Assembly (NCBI GenBank): GCA_963763745.1
Contig: CAVXQJ010000016.1
Span: forward strand, 449,029 to 513,028
Origin: an uncultured delta proteobacterium
Lineage (GTDB): Bacteria; Myxococcota_A; Polyangia; Polyangiales; Polyangiaceae
DNA length: 64,000 nt
Direction: 5' to 3'
In this document: positions 41,395 to 51,517 of the stretch, one piece after another
Numbering within the stretch: the stretch's first letter is position 1
Layout of the letters: each line of letters begins with the position of its first letter
The notes under the pieces: model-generated
The model's input: the letters and a program-made list of their open reading frames with translations, nothing else
What the model was told of the DNA's origin: nothing
Database searches by the model: none
Position numbers and translations under genes: made by a program

Positions 41395-42374
41395 ACGACG
41401 AGCATGGCCCGAGTGCCTTGTGTCACGGTCGCGGTGATGATAATCGCCGGAACATGGTTGCGGTGGTGGTCTCGGACGCATTCATTAACGACGTATTCGA
41501 ACTCGAGCGGGACATCTGCGAACGCGTTAGCGGGCTGAGCGCAGAACAAACGCTTGCTCATATCCGGCAGATGGCGAACGCGACCGACAGTTCGTGGCTG
41601 CTGTTGCGCCATTTCCTTCCAAAATTTCGCGATCCGAAGATTCTCGAGGTGGGCGCCGGGTACGGCTTGGGGTTCTGTGGCCTGCTCTCGCGCGGTCTCG
41701 ACGCATTCGCTGTCGAGCCGGGACGCGAGCCCTTTGATGGGCGGTACCACATGGCGATGAGGTTGTTGAACGACAACGACCTCGATCCGGCGCGCCTACG
41801 TCGGGGTGTAGCGGAAGCGTTGCCATTTCCCAACGATACGTTCGACGTCGTCTACAGCAACGCGGTGCTCGAGCACGTACAAGATCCGTTGAAGGCGATG
41901 GATGAAATGGCTCGTGTGCTCAAACCAGGCGGTGTAATGTTGACGCACGTACCCAACTATCATTCGTTCTATGAGGGGCATTATCGTGTGTTGTGGTTTC
42001 CTTACATTCTGAAAAGCAAGTACGTGGCAAAAGCATACGTCGATCGCGTCCACGGTCGCGATCCAGCATTCGTCGATACACTCAACTTCGTTGACACTCG
42101 ATGGTTTCAAATCTGGGCGAAAGGTCGCGGCACGACACTGCATAAACTCCCCGTGCTGCCAGTCCTCGGCAGGGTCAACCGAGCGATCAGCATGGCCGAG
42201 CACCAAATCGCTCCGGAAGGGTCCCTCGCTTCGTGGTTGCAACGCCGCGATCCGCTGGCGCGAGGCATCCTGTCGGCATCCTGTCGCGTTGCCACATCGG
42301 TCGTCCTCTCCCTCGGGTTGGCGAAAGAAATCATCGTCGTGTGGTGGAAGGCCGACCAACAGAAGCCGCATTGA
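41391..42374 (+). CDS. class I SAM-dependent methyltransferase
   Basis: ILEVGAGYGLG (motif I), VVYSNAVLEHVQDP, VLKPGGVMLT. ATGA overlap with the upstream gene. Confidence 0.7.
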   Translation: MNDEHGPSALCHGRGDDNRRNMVAVVVSDAFINDVFELERDICERVSGLSAEQTLAHIRQMANATDSSWLLLRHFLPKFRDPKILEVGAGYGLGFCGLLSRGLDAFAVEPGREPFDGRYHMAMRLLNDNDLDPARLRRGVAEALPFPNDTFDVVYSNAVLEHVQDPLKAMDEMARVLKPGGVMLTHVPNYHSFYEGHYRVLWFPYILKSKYVAKAYVDRVHGRDPAFVDTLNFVDTRWFQIWAKGRGTTLHKLPVLPVLGRVNRAISMAEHQIAPEGSLASWLQRRDPLARGILSASCRVATSVVLSLGLAKEIIVVWWKADQQKPH

Positions 42375-42405
42375 CTTGCTTCGAGCCTGAGGTAGGCTCC
42401 CCGCG

Positions 42406-44235
42406 ATGCGAATTTATCTTGCGGATCTCGGACATAACCAGCTCACGAGAAGCTCGGATCCCTATCCGTTGGGCGTTGCCAACTTGGCCACGTACACCGA
42501 AGCCAACGTCCGCAGCGCGACGCCCTTGCAGATTTGCATGTTTCGCGAGCCCGAGGGCTTGAAGGCGGCGATCGACTCCGACCCGCCCGATATCTTGGCG
42601 CTGTCGAACTATGCGTGGAACGAAACACTATCGCTCCATTTTGCGCGCTACGGGCGCCGCCGCAACGAGCACACGCTTACGGTTCTTGGCGGACCCAACT
42701 TCCCGTTAACGGCACCCGAGCAGGAGGCCTTCGTTCGCGAGGTTAGCGACTCCGTCCACGTCGTCGTCAACGGCCCGACCTACGAAGGTGAGCGTGCGTT
42801 CGTCGGGTTGGTGCAACGGTTTTCGGATGCCGGTCGATCAATCGAGGGTCTGATGGAGGCACCCGTTGCAGGAAGCCTGTGGGTTGACTCGCAAGAGCGC
42901 TTCGTCGCTGGCGGCGAAGTTGAGCGGATCTCCGATCTCGACGAGATCCCCTCGCCATACCTCCGTGGTTGGATGGATCCGTTTTTCGCCACTGGGTACT
43001 TTCCGATGATGCAGATAGCGCGCGGCTGTCCGTTTTCCTGTGCGTTTTGCAACTCGGGAGTCGGGTCGAACAGCAAGATTTACGCGCATTCGATCGCGAA
43101 CGTGAAGGCTGACTTGGACTACATCGTTGCGCGCGTGCAGCCGGAAATCCCGTTGTGCTTCGCCGACGACAACTTCGGCATGTATCAGCGCGATGAGGAG
43201 ATTGCCGACTACCTCGGCTGGCTCCAAGAGAACAAAGCGTGGCCCAAGTACATCCGCACCACCACCGGAAAGAACAACTCGGAGCGAATCATCCGAGTGA
43301 TGCGTAAAGTCAAGGGCGCTCTACCCATGACGGCGGCCGTCCAATCCACTGACCCACACGTGCTCAAGTTGATCAAACGCGATAACGTCAAGCTCTCGAC
43401 CTACGCCCGGATTCAGCAGGAGCTGCGCGAACAGGGGATGCAGTCGTACGGAGAACTTATCCTTTGCTTGCCGGGCGAAACGAAGCAGACGTTCCTCAAG
43501 GCCGTACGCGATCTCATGGCAGCCGGTGCGAGTCGGATTTCCGCGCACCAGCTCATGCTCCTCCACGGCGCCGAGCTCTCCAATCCCGAAAGCCGTCGGG
43601 CGTTCGGCTTCGATACGCGATTTCGCATCGTCGCACGCAACATCGGTGATTATACGGGAGAGCCCGTGGTCGAAACGGAAGAGATGGTGGTGGCGACGCC
43701 GAGCTTCTCGTATCAGGACTACCTCGACACCCGCGTCTTCCATCTGCTCCTCACGATCTTCTACTACGAAGGCAACTTCGACGAGGCCTTCGCCCTAGCC
43801 AAAGAGGCTGGCGTGCAACCATTCGAGATCGTCGTCCACATGCAAGCGATGCTCGCTCAAGCACCGGCCGGCTTCCGGGCGCTCATCGACGACTTCCTCC
43901 GCGAGAGCCAAGACGAGCTGTTCACGACCCGCGCAGCGTGCGTCGAATGGGCAAAGAAGCACTTCGCCCAGCTGGTCGACGGCACGCTTGGCGGCAACTT
44001 GTTGAGCAAGTATTCCATGATCGGCCGCTTCCTGACGACGAAAGAAAGCCTGCGCTTCTTGCGAGATGGCATCGCGGGCGCAAGCGGGGTCGACCCTCGC
44101 GAGCTGGACGCCGTCATCGGATATCTCGACTGCGTTTTGCTGCGAGCGCCATTTCGGCGAAATGATCGAGGCGCGCCCGTGCTGGGAAACCGAGTTCGAC
44201 GTCGAGAGCTGGTACCAGAAAAGCAGTCGCAGTAA
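42406..44235 (+). CDS. B12-binding domain radical SAM enzyme (class B radical SAM family); may actually extend to 44443 through a T-run frameshift near 44131
   Basis: N-terminal B12-binding-like region; CPFSCAFC (CxxxCxxC) radical SAM cluster motif; long C-terminal domain. The downstream frame (ORF 44066..44443) continues protein-like with no break. Confidence 0.75.
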   Translation: MRIYLADLGHNQLTRSSDPYPLGVANLATYTEANVRSATPLQICMFREPEGLKAAIDSDPPDILALSNYAWNETLSLHFARYGRRRNEHTLTVLGGPNFPLTAPEQEAFVREVSDSVHVVVNGPTYEGERAFVGLVQRFSDAGRSIEGLMEAPVAGSLWVDSQERFVAGGEVERISDLDEIPSPYLRGWMDPFFATGYFPMMQIARGCPFSCAFCNSGVGSNSKIYAHSIANVKADLDYIVARVQPEIPLCFADDNFGMYQRDEEIADYLGWLQENKAWPKYIRTTTGKNNSERIIRVMRKVKGALPMTAAVQSTDPHVLKLIKRDNVKLSTYARIQQELREQGMQSYGELILCLPGETKQTFLKAVRDLMAAGASRISAHQLMLLHGAELSNPESRRAFGFDTRFRIVARNIGDYTGEPVVETEEMVVATPSFSYQDYLDTRVFHLLLTIFYYEGNFDEAFALAKEAGVQPFEIVVHMQAMLAQAPAGFRALIDDFLRESQDELFTTRAACVEWAKKHFAQLVDGTLGGNLLSKYSMIGRFLTTKESLRFLRDGIAGASGVDPRELDAVIGYLDCVLLRAPFRRNDRGAPVLGNRVRRRELVPEKQSQ

Positions 44236-44443
44236 GCTCGCGGAACTCCGTTTCGACGCTCCGCGCAAGTTCGTCGCCGAGGTCAGCCCCGACAACGCGT
44301 CTATGCTCAAGACGCGCCTCAAGACGTTCGGAGAGCATCCGTCGGGGCTTGGCAAGTTCACGCGTACGTTGTTCGCACGCAGCCTACGGCGCGAACTGCG
44401 TGATTCGGCCGCCGACTCTCATGGAGAGCGGCGCACAGCGTAG

Positions 44444-45583
44444 GTGACACTGCTGATTTTCTGCTCAACGGAGGTCGGCGGCTTCCCTTTTCAAATGGCC
44501 GCGATTCTCCGGCGTCACGGGTGGAACGCATATTACGTCTCGATTGACCGTGCCGATGGAGGACACGATTCGACGGTTTTCCATTTCGGTCGGAGTTCGG
44601 AGCCATGGGACCTGTCACACCGATTTACTGGGACGCTTTCGTCTCTGCAGGTGGTGCGACGTCTCAAACAGATCGCCCGCGAGTTCGGGATTTCGAACGC
44701 GCTCGCGACGGGCCTTCGGGCGTATTTGCTGCGCTCGGCAGGCATCGCATACCGTTACTGGACGTACGGTGCGGATCTCGACCAATACCACGTTACCCCG
44801 CCCGCACACGGCGACCTGCGCGGCATGATGCGCCTGCCGCTACGGTGGTTGTTCGTCAACGCATACATCCGGCCGATGTTACTCCGGACGTACCGGCGAG
44901 CCGATGCGGTGATGATTGCAGCTTATCAAAAGGACACTTTGCGACGCGTGCATCCGCATGCACCGCTGTTCTTTCTCCCGCATTTTTTCGAGACGCGATC
45001 GTGGGACGAGCTGCAGAAGCAGAGGCTGGCAGCGCACGCCGTTCTGTGCCGCCGGTTCGCTAGCGAATACGTCTTGTTCAGCTCCGTACGTCAATATTGG
45101 AAGGGCGCGAAGTGCCGCCGCAAAGAGAACGTGAGCAACTGCAAAGGCAACGACTTATTGATAGAAGCATTTGCAAAGTACTGCGTTGCCGACAAGAGGC
45201 GACGGACTACCCTCTTGTTGGTTGACAAGGGCCCCGACGTGGAAGAAAGCAAGCTCCTCGCGCGCAAACTCGGAGTGGGCGAACGAATTGTTTGGCTTAG
45301 CGAAGTATCTCGCAAGGAGCTCGACCAATACTATCTCGGAGCAAACCTCTGCCTAGGGAGCTTCGGAGAAGCTGGCGCGGCCAGCTTCTCCGCAATTGAG
45401 CCGCTCGCGTTGGGTACGCCGTGCATTTCGTGGCTCAAGGTGGACCCTGAAGTGCCGTTTTATTCCGAGGGCCCAACGCTGTTTTCATCCAGGAATCCGT
45501 CCGAGATCGGGCCCGTATTCGGAGCGTTCTCACTGATCCTGCAACGGAGGAGAAGCTATCGTACGAGGCGTGGAGTTGGGTGA
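44444..45583 (+). CDS. GT-B fold glycosyltransferase-like protein
   Basis: C-terminal ...LLLVDKGPDVEESKLLARKLGVGERIVWLSEVSRKELDQYYLGANLCLGSFGEAGAASFSAIEPLALGTPCIS resembles the GT1 nucleotide-sugar binding domain. The N-terminal domain is divergent. Confidence 0.5.
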   Translation: MTLLIFCSTEVGGFPFQMAAILRRHGWNAYYVSIDRADGGHDSTVFHFGRSSEPWDLSHRFTGTLSSLQVVRRLKQIAREFGISNALATGLRAYLLRSAGIAYRYWTYGADLDQYHVTPPAHGDLRGMMRLPLRWLFVNAYIRPMLLRTYRRADAVMIAAYQKDTLRRVHPHAPLFFLPHFFETRSWDELQKQRLAAHAVLCRRFASEYVLFSSVRQYWKGAKCRRKENVSNCKGNDLLIEAFAKYCVADKRRRTTLLLVDKGPDVEESKLLARKLGVGERIVWLSEVSRKELDQYYLGANLCLGSFGEAGAASFSAIEPLALGTPCISWLKVDPEVPFYSEGPTLFSSRNPSEIGPVFGAFSLILQRRRSYRTRRGVG

Positions 45584-45718
45584 ACGCGAATTGCTCTGAG
45601 GAAGCCTTTGTGCGAGCGATGTCGCAGCTTGTCTGAACCGCGCCATGCAAACTCGCACCGTATGATGGGCCCTCGACAGCGCGCGCAAATGTAGGTAGGG
45701 TCCACGGGATCAATTTCG

Positions 45719-47574
45719 ATGTGCGGAGTTTGTGGTTTCACTGGCGTACGCAATCACGAATCGCTGGTTCGGATGGCGACTGCCATCGCGCACCGTGGAC
45801 CCGACGACGCCGGCTACTGGGAGAGCGACGACGTCTCGCTGGGGATGCGTAGACTCGCCATCATCGACGTCGAGAGTGGCCAGCAACCGGTATTCAACGA
45901 AGATGGTTCAGTCTGCGTCGTGTTCAACGGCGAAGTATACAACCACGCCGAGCTCCGCGCCGACCTTGAATCAAAGGGGCATGCCTTTCGCAGCCATCAC
46001 TCCGACACGGAGGTGCTCGTTCACCTGTACGAAGAATACGGCGAGGAGTTCCTTCATCGGTTAAACGGGATGTTCGCGATCGCGATGTGGGACAACCGGC
46101 ACAAGCGTCTTATTCTCGCGCGCGACCGCGCGGGGATCAAGCCACTCTACTTCACGCAGAGCGGCGGCCGCGTTATTTTGCGTCTGAGATTAAGTCGCTG
46201 CTCGCGCATCCAGACATCAAGAGAGAGCCGTGCTTCACTGCGCTCTACCACTACTTCAGTTTCAAGCACGTGCCGGCGCCGTGGAGCGCATTCGCGGGCA
46301 TCGAACAGCTTCGCCCGGGCGAGAGGGTCATCTTCGAGCGAGGCGTGCTCCGTCGCGAGACTTGGTGGGCACTCAAGTTTCGAGAAGACGGCAAGCTTGA
46401 TGAGAGCGAGGCGGCGACGCGCATTCGCGCTCTCCTCGAAGACGCGGTTCGGATTCGCATGCGTTCGGACGTTCCGTTCGGCGCATACCTCTCGGGCGGC
46501 GTGGACAGCTCGACCATAGTGGCGCTCATGTCGCGCATTGGCGGACGGCGAGTGACAACGTTCTCGCTCGTCTACTCGGACGAGTTCAAACACAAGGCCG
46601 CCGACCAAGAATACGCGCGGCAGATGTCATCGCTTTATGGCACCGATCACCACGAGTACGTGCTCACGCAACGCGACGTTGTCGACAGCATCGGTGCTGT
46701 CGTTGCGTCCTTTGACGAGCCGTTTTCGGGAGTGACTTCCACGTATTTCATCACGCGGCTCATCTCGAAGCACGTCAAAGTCGCACTCTCCGGCGACGGA
46801 GCGGACGAGCTCTTCGGGAGCTACCTTGCGCACAGGCTGGCGCAACCCATTCATCATCTCGAAGTCATGCGCGATCGCTTGACGACACTCACGCCGGAAG
46901 AAAAGAACCTACTCCGGCCGTATCACGACAGACCGGAGTACCTAACAGCGATACTCGAACGCGGCGACGATGCGGCGCGTCGCGCGAGCCTCTACCTGTG
47001 GACCGACGCCGAGAAGGCTGAGCTACTGAGCACCGAAATGCTCGCGCGCGTGCCGCGCGCGAGCACGGAGGGTTTGATACGCGAAGTCTATGCGGCGTCG
47101 GGGACAAACGATCCGTTGAACCGTGCTCTCTACTGCGATTTCGTGACCCTCCTACCGGATCAAGTGCTCGCGTTCGTCGATCGGTTGTCTATGGCGCACT
47201 CGGTTGAAGTGAGGCCGCCGTTCCTCGATTATCGCATTATCGAGCTCGCTGGCACGATCCGCGGATCTATCAAAATCAAGGGCGGAAGAGAAAAGCACGT
47301 ACTAAAGGAAGCCGTCAAAGGACTGATTCCCGACGCGGTGATCAACCGTCCGAAAGAGGGTTTCGTTCTCCCGATCGACGAGTGGCTCGTCTCCGACATG
47401 CGGCCGTTCGTCGAAGAACTCCTCACGCCGTCGCGTCTCATGCGCCACGGCCTCGTGCGGCCTGAGCCCGTGCGAAGAATCTTGGACGAGCACTACGCGC
47501 GAAAGAAAAATCACGGCGCGCGAATCTGGAATCTGATGATGTTCCAGAGCTGGTGCGAGCGCTATGTCACATGA
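45719..47574 (+). CDS. asparagine synthetase family amidotransferase paralog 2 (one frameshift in a T-run at ~46175)
   Basis: MCGVCGFTG (Cys2), RRLAIIDVESGQQPVFNEDGSVCVVFNGEVYN, then a shift at gttattttgcg to ...FASEIKSLLAHP...AYLSGGVDSS...ALSGDGADELFGSY...VEVRPPFLD... Confidence 0.8.
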
Positions 47575-49042
47575 ATTGGCGCAGTTGACCCAGTGGTCGT
47601 CCGCGGCGGAGCGAGTCCTCCGCACCGCCTATGGGGCATTGCTTCTCTTGCAACTCGGCATGACGGCCCGGCAGTCGAAGCGGTTTTTCGTTTCGGAAAA
47701 ACACGGTGGTTACGTCGAGTCGTCGCCGCTGCGCGATAGGCTGCTTACTCCGTGGTCCGCACAGGTGGTGACGGTCGTGTGGATGCTCGCGGCTCTCGGA
47801 ATCGTCGCAGATGTTGCTCTGCTTCCCGCCACCATCGTTAACCTGGCACTCTGTCGCTACTTCTTCGTCGAGATGCGGTGGAAAGGCATCCTTCGCGGCA
47901 TGGGCGCGCCGGGCTACATGACGTATTGGATGGCATGCCTCGTGGCACTATTTGCCCTCGCACACGCCATTGATCGCACGGGATTGCTACGAGCCATTAC
48001 CCTTCTCACCTTCCGCGTCGACTACGCGTTGATCATGTTCATGGCCGGTGTGTACAAGTTGACTGCGGGGTACGCACGTGGTGAGGGATTCGAACGAGGG
48101 CTCGTCAATCCGTGGTGGGGTTTTTGGGCACGGCGGATGCGGAGGCTTCCGCCGCAGGCGGCGGCGTTTCGCGTCCTGAATCATTTGGGCTGGTCGGTGG
48201 AGATCGTCTGCGGCGTGCTATTTCTCGTTCCGCAAGTGGGAGTGTATGCGGGGGCACTCTTCGCCGGTAGTTTTCTGATGATCGCCGCAACGATTCGCCT
48301 CACTTTTCTCGCTGAGATGGTTGCCGTCGGCACCGTATTGTTCGTCTATCCCCACACCGGCTTCGACGATTGGTTGGTCGGCGTCATCCGTGTTTCGGAC
48401 GCGGCACCGTCCGGCTCCACGATTGGGGACGTATTGGCGTGGGCTCTCGTTGCCTGTTTGGTGGTGTACCTGGCGCTGCTTCCGCTCGCGTATGCTGGGA
48501 TGTCGGTCAACTTCTACGCGCGAAAACGCCTAGTGGGTCCGCTACAGCGCTGGCTTGACTGGTGGATCCGCCTGACAGGCCTGATCCTTTGGCGGGTATT
48601 TACGTCCGACGTGATCAACTTCTACGCGGACATCGGCATTCGATCGCAGGCTTCGGATCCCCCCACACCGTATCTGACCATGCGTCCCTGGGACGCGCGG
48701 ACCGAGTGGCGCTACATGCATGTCGGAGAGTTCATCTGCTTGGCGTCGATTTTCACCACTCTCAAGTACTATCCCAAAGATCGTGCGCTGTTCGAGGCGC
48801 GGATCCTACGTTACTGTCGCTCGCTGCCAGTGCCGTCCGGCGGCGAGGTTGTTTTCGACTATCGAACCATCGTAAAAGGTGCGACTGGCTTTGAGTTTCC
48901 CATCGTGGCACGCTTCGTCGTGAACACCGCGACGGGGAAAGTGGAAGAGCATACGCTCGATCCATCGTTCGACCTGCGCGCTCCGGCTCGCGCTTCTCCG
49001 GTATACGCCGGCACGCGCCCAGGCAGTTACGCGCCGAGTTGA
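47564..49042 (+). CDS. polytopic membrane protein, possibly HTTM (vitamin K-dependent gamma-carboxylase-like) domain family
   Basis: ~8-10 TM helices and Trp/Tyr-rich loops (NPWWGFWARRMRRLP). The 11-nt overlap with asnB2 suggests co-translation. The family assignment is from memory of sequence style, not verified. Confidence 0.4.
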   Translation: MSHELAQLTQWSSAAERVLRTAYGALLLLQLGMTARQSKRFFVSEKHGGYVESSPLRDRLLTPWSAQVVTVVWMLAALGIVADVALLPATIVNLALCRYFFVEMRWKGILRGMGAPGYMTYWMACLVALFALAHAIDRTGLLRAITLLTFRVDYALIMFMAGVYKLTAGYARGEGFERGLVNPWWGFWARRMRRLPPQAAAFRVLNHLGWSVEIVCGVLFLVPQVGVYAGALFAGSFLMIAATIRLTFLAEMVAVGTVLFVYPHTGFDDWLVGVIRVSDAAPSGSTIGDVLAWALVACLVVYLALLPLAYAGMSVNFYARKRLVGPLQRWLDWWIRLTGLILWRVFTSDVINFYADIGIRSQASDPPTPYLTMRPWDARTEWRYMHVGEFICLASIFTTLKYYPKDRALFEARILRYCRSLPVPSGGEVVFDYRTIVKGATGFEFPIVARFVVNTATGKVEEHTLDPSFDLRAPARASPVYAGTRPGSYAPS

Positions 49043-49046
49043 TTGG

Positions 49047-50387
49047 TCACGAGGGGCGCGCCGAGAACCCACGGCGCACGGCCGATCGAAACGCGGCCAG
49101 TTCCTGTCGAAAGTCCGGACGAATGAAATGTAACGGCGATTTACCGGAGACGACGCGCAATAGACCGAGCGTCATGCCAAAACCAATGAGCGTCGTGAGC
49201 ACGGTAGCCGTCGCGGCTCCGGCGCCGCGAAGCCGTGGGACCAATACGAAGTTTAATAACAACCCCAATACGCCAATTGCCACGGTGATGGCACCGTTGA
49301 TCCCGAACGCCCCTGCCTTGATGACGTAGGGCGCCGCGAACGACGACACCGACAGAGTCCACGCTGCCAAGATGAGCAGGCGAAACACGTCGCGCGCTTC
49401 CTCGAACGCGACGCCGCCGAACAGGTGCAACAACGGCCCGGCAAACAGCATCGACGGAAGTGTAAGGAGCACGCCACCGTAGACTGCGAGACGCAAAGAC
49501 CGAATCGTCACGGCAAATTCGTCGGACGCATGGATAACCCATGGGTAGAGCGCCATCTGGAAGGCGGCAAAACCGGTAAACAAGCCGAACGCGAGCGTAA
49601 GTGCGGCCGCAAAGAGCCCAGATTGCTTGTCCCCACAATAATGAAACACGATGAGTTGGTTAGCCTTCGTGTACGCGAATACGGATACGGTCGCGACGTG
49701 CTGCTTCAACCCGGCAGAGAGGAACTGCCAGACCGTTGCCGGCGTGAGGCCGCTGACGGGCGAGCGCGTGTCAATGCCCAATTTGCTCAGGAGCGTAACG
49801 CAACCGACGCCTTGAACGGCAATCGCCGTCAGAATCGCAAAGCGAACGTCGATGCGTCGCAGGAAGAACGCCGGGATGACGCACCCGACGTTCACGGTCG
49901 TCTGAAATATGGTCACGAGGGCGACAAGCTTCACGCGGCCGAGCGCCTGTCCCAACGTGACGAGGTTGACGCAGAAGATCGTCGTCACCAGCAGACCGAT
50001 CAAAAGCGGCGCATGAACGATCGCCTCCAACGAAACTTTGCTGGGCCATGCTTCGAACACAGTCAACAGCCCCGCCGCCGCGAGTACGGCCGTGGTGAGG
50101 CTACCGAGCACGACGATCAGCAAGCGCGCGCGGTCGCTCACGTCATATCGGTCGCGGTTGGCAAAGTGATAGATCGCTGTGTTGAGGCTGAGCCCGCAGA
50201 GCGAAACAAAAAGCGCGACCCACGTTTGCATCTCCGCGAGGACGCCGCGTCCGGCCGGCAAGAGAGCGCGGTTGATGAGAGCACCAGCGAACATAGCCCC
50301 TACGAGTTGCGAAACTTGCCCGGAGGCCGTCCAAAAAAAAGAATGTCTGAGGCTGATGATGGCACGCTCAGGCGACCTTATGCTCAT
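49047..50387 (-). CDS. Wzx-like polysaccharide flippase (MOP/PST family)
   Basis: 12-14 TM helices. Typical PST organisation with N-terminal ...WTASGQVSQLVGAMFAGALINRALLPAGRGVLAEMQTW. Last gene of a 5-gene minus-strand operon (ATGA overlaps). Confidence 0.75.
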   Translation of the reverse strand: MSIRSPERAIISLRHSFFWTASGQVSQLVGAMFAGALINRALLPAGRGVLAEMQTWVALFVSLCGLSLNTAIYHFANRDRYDVSDRARLLIVVLGSLTTAVLAAAGLLTVFEAWPSKVSLEAIVHAPLLIGLLVTTIFCVNLVTLGQALGRVKLVALVTIFQTTVNVGCVIPAFFLRRIDVRFAILTAIAVQGVGCVTLLSKLGIDTRSPVSGLTPATVWQFLSAGLKQHVATVSVFAYTKANQLIVFHYCGDKQSGLFAAALTLAFGLFTGFAAFQMALYPWVIHASDEFAVTIRSLRLAVYGGVLLTLPSMLFAGPLLHLFGGVAFEEARDVFRLLILAAWTLSVSSFAAPYVIKAGAFGINGAITVAIGVLGLLLNFVLVPRLRGAGAATATVLTTLIGFGMTLGLLRVVSGKSPLHFIRPDFRQELAAFRSAVRRGFSARPS

Positions 50388-51517
50388 TGCGACTCGTGCA
50401 CAGCGGCGTGAAGGGCTTCAACTGTTGCGCGGACATCGTCCTCAGGCATGCCTGGGTAAAAAGGCAGAGATAGCGTTTCATCGCCGATTGTTTCTGCAAT
50501 TGGGAACCGACCGCGGCGAAATCCGAATCGATTTACGAAGTAGGTTAGTAGGTGGATTGCGCGATAATTCACGACCGTACCAACGCCCGCCTCCCCAAGG
50601 CGCGCAACGACGTGGTCACGAATACGACCGTCCACGCGAACGGGAAAGAGATGTCGTGCGTGGACACCCGCTCGCGTTGCTGGCAGCCGAACACCGACGA
50701 TGGTCGAGAGTTTTCGTTCGTATGCGCGCGCCAGCGCGTGACGCGACGCTAGTTTTGCCGGCAATCGATTGAGCTGCGGGAGAAGTAGCGCGGCCTGGAT
50801 GTTATCCATGTTGTACTTCCAGCCAAGCACTAACATGTCCCAATGCCGATAACCTTCACGCTCGCGATCGGCGGCCGTCTTCGTCATGCCGTGCGAACGC
50901 AACAAACGTAAGCGTTCGGCGAGGTCGTTTCGGTCCGTCGCAACCGCCCCGCCTTCGCCGCATGTGAGGTTCTTCGTTGCATAAAAGCTGAAACAGACGA
51001 CATCCGACAGTTCGCCCGGTCTGACGCCGTCCCGTTCGCCCTCGATGCAATGCGCGGCGTCCTCGATGATCGCGAGGCCGTGCTGCTTGGCGACCCGGTG
51101 GATCTCGCGCATGTCGCACATCAAGCCGTACAGGTGAACGGGGATGATCGCCTTCGTCCGAGGTGTGATGGCTGCTTCGACCAGTCGTGCGTCGATGTTT
51201 GCGGTGTCGGGTTCGACGTCTACGAATATCGGCGTAGCCCCGGCTTCGAGGATAGCGGTGGCTGTCGCGATGAAAGTCATCGGCGTCGTGATTACTTCGT
51301 CGCCGGGACCGATGCCGAGCGCCATCAGCGCCATGTGCAACGCGCCCGTGCAACTCGTCACGCCGAGGACGTGACGACGTCCAATGAAAGCTGCGAACTC
51401 GCACTCGAAACGAGCGACGGTTTCTCCCGTCGTCAAGATCGGACCCGCCAGAACCGAGGCGATGGAGTCGATCTCAGGTTGGCCGAGGTCGTGCCGGTAG
51501 AACGGAACGCGCCTCAA
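50384..51517 (-). CDS. DegT/DnrJ/EryC1/StrS family PLP-dependent sugar aminotransferase
   Basis: ...FECEFAAFIGRRHVLGVTSCTGALHMAL..., FSFYATKNLTCGEGGAV (Lys in the SFxxxK-like motif). Full length, 377 aa. Confidence 0.85.
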   Translation of the reverse strand: MRRVPFYRHDLGQPEIDSIASVLAGPILTTGETVARFECEFAAFIGRRHVLGVTSCTGALHMALMALGIGPGDEVITTPMTFIATATAILEAGATPIFVDVEPDTANIDARLVEAAITPRTKAIIPVHLYGLMCDMREIHRVAKQHGLAIIEDAAHCIEGERDGVRPGELSDVVCFSFYATKNLTCGEGGAVATDRNDLAERLRLLRSHGMTKTAADREREGYRHWDMLVLGWKYNMDNIQAALLLPQLNRLPAKLASRHALARAYERKLSTIVGVRLPATRAGVHARHLFPVRVDGRIRDHVVARLGEAGVGTVVNYRAIHLLTYFVNRFGFRRGRFPIAETIGDETLSLPFYPGMPEDDVRATVEALHAAVHESQ

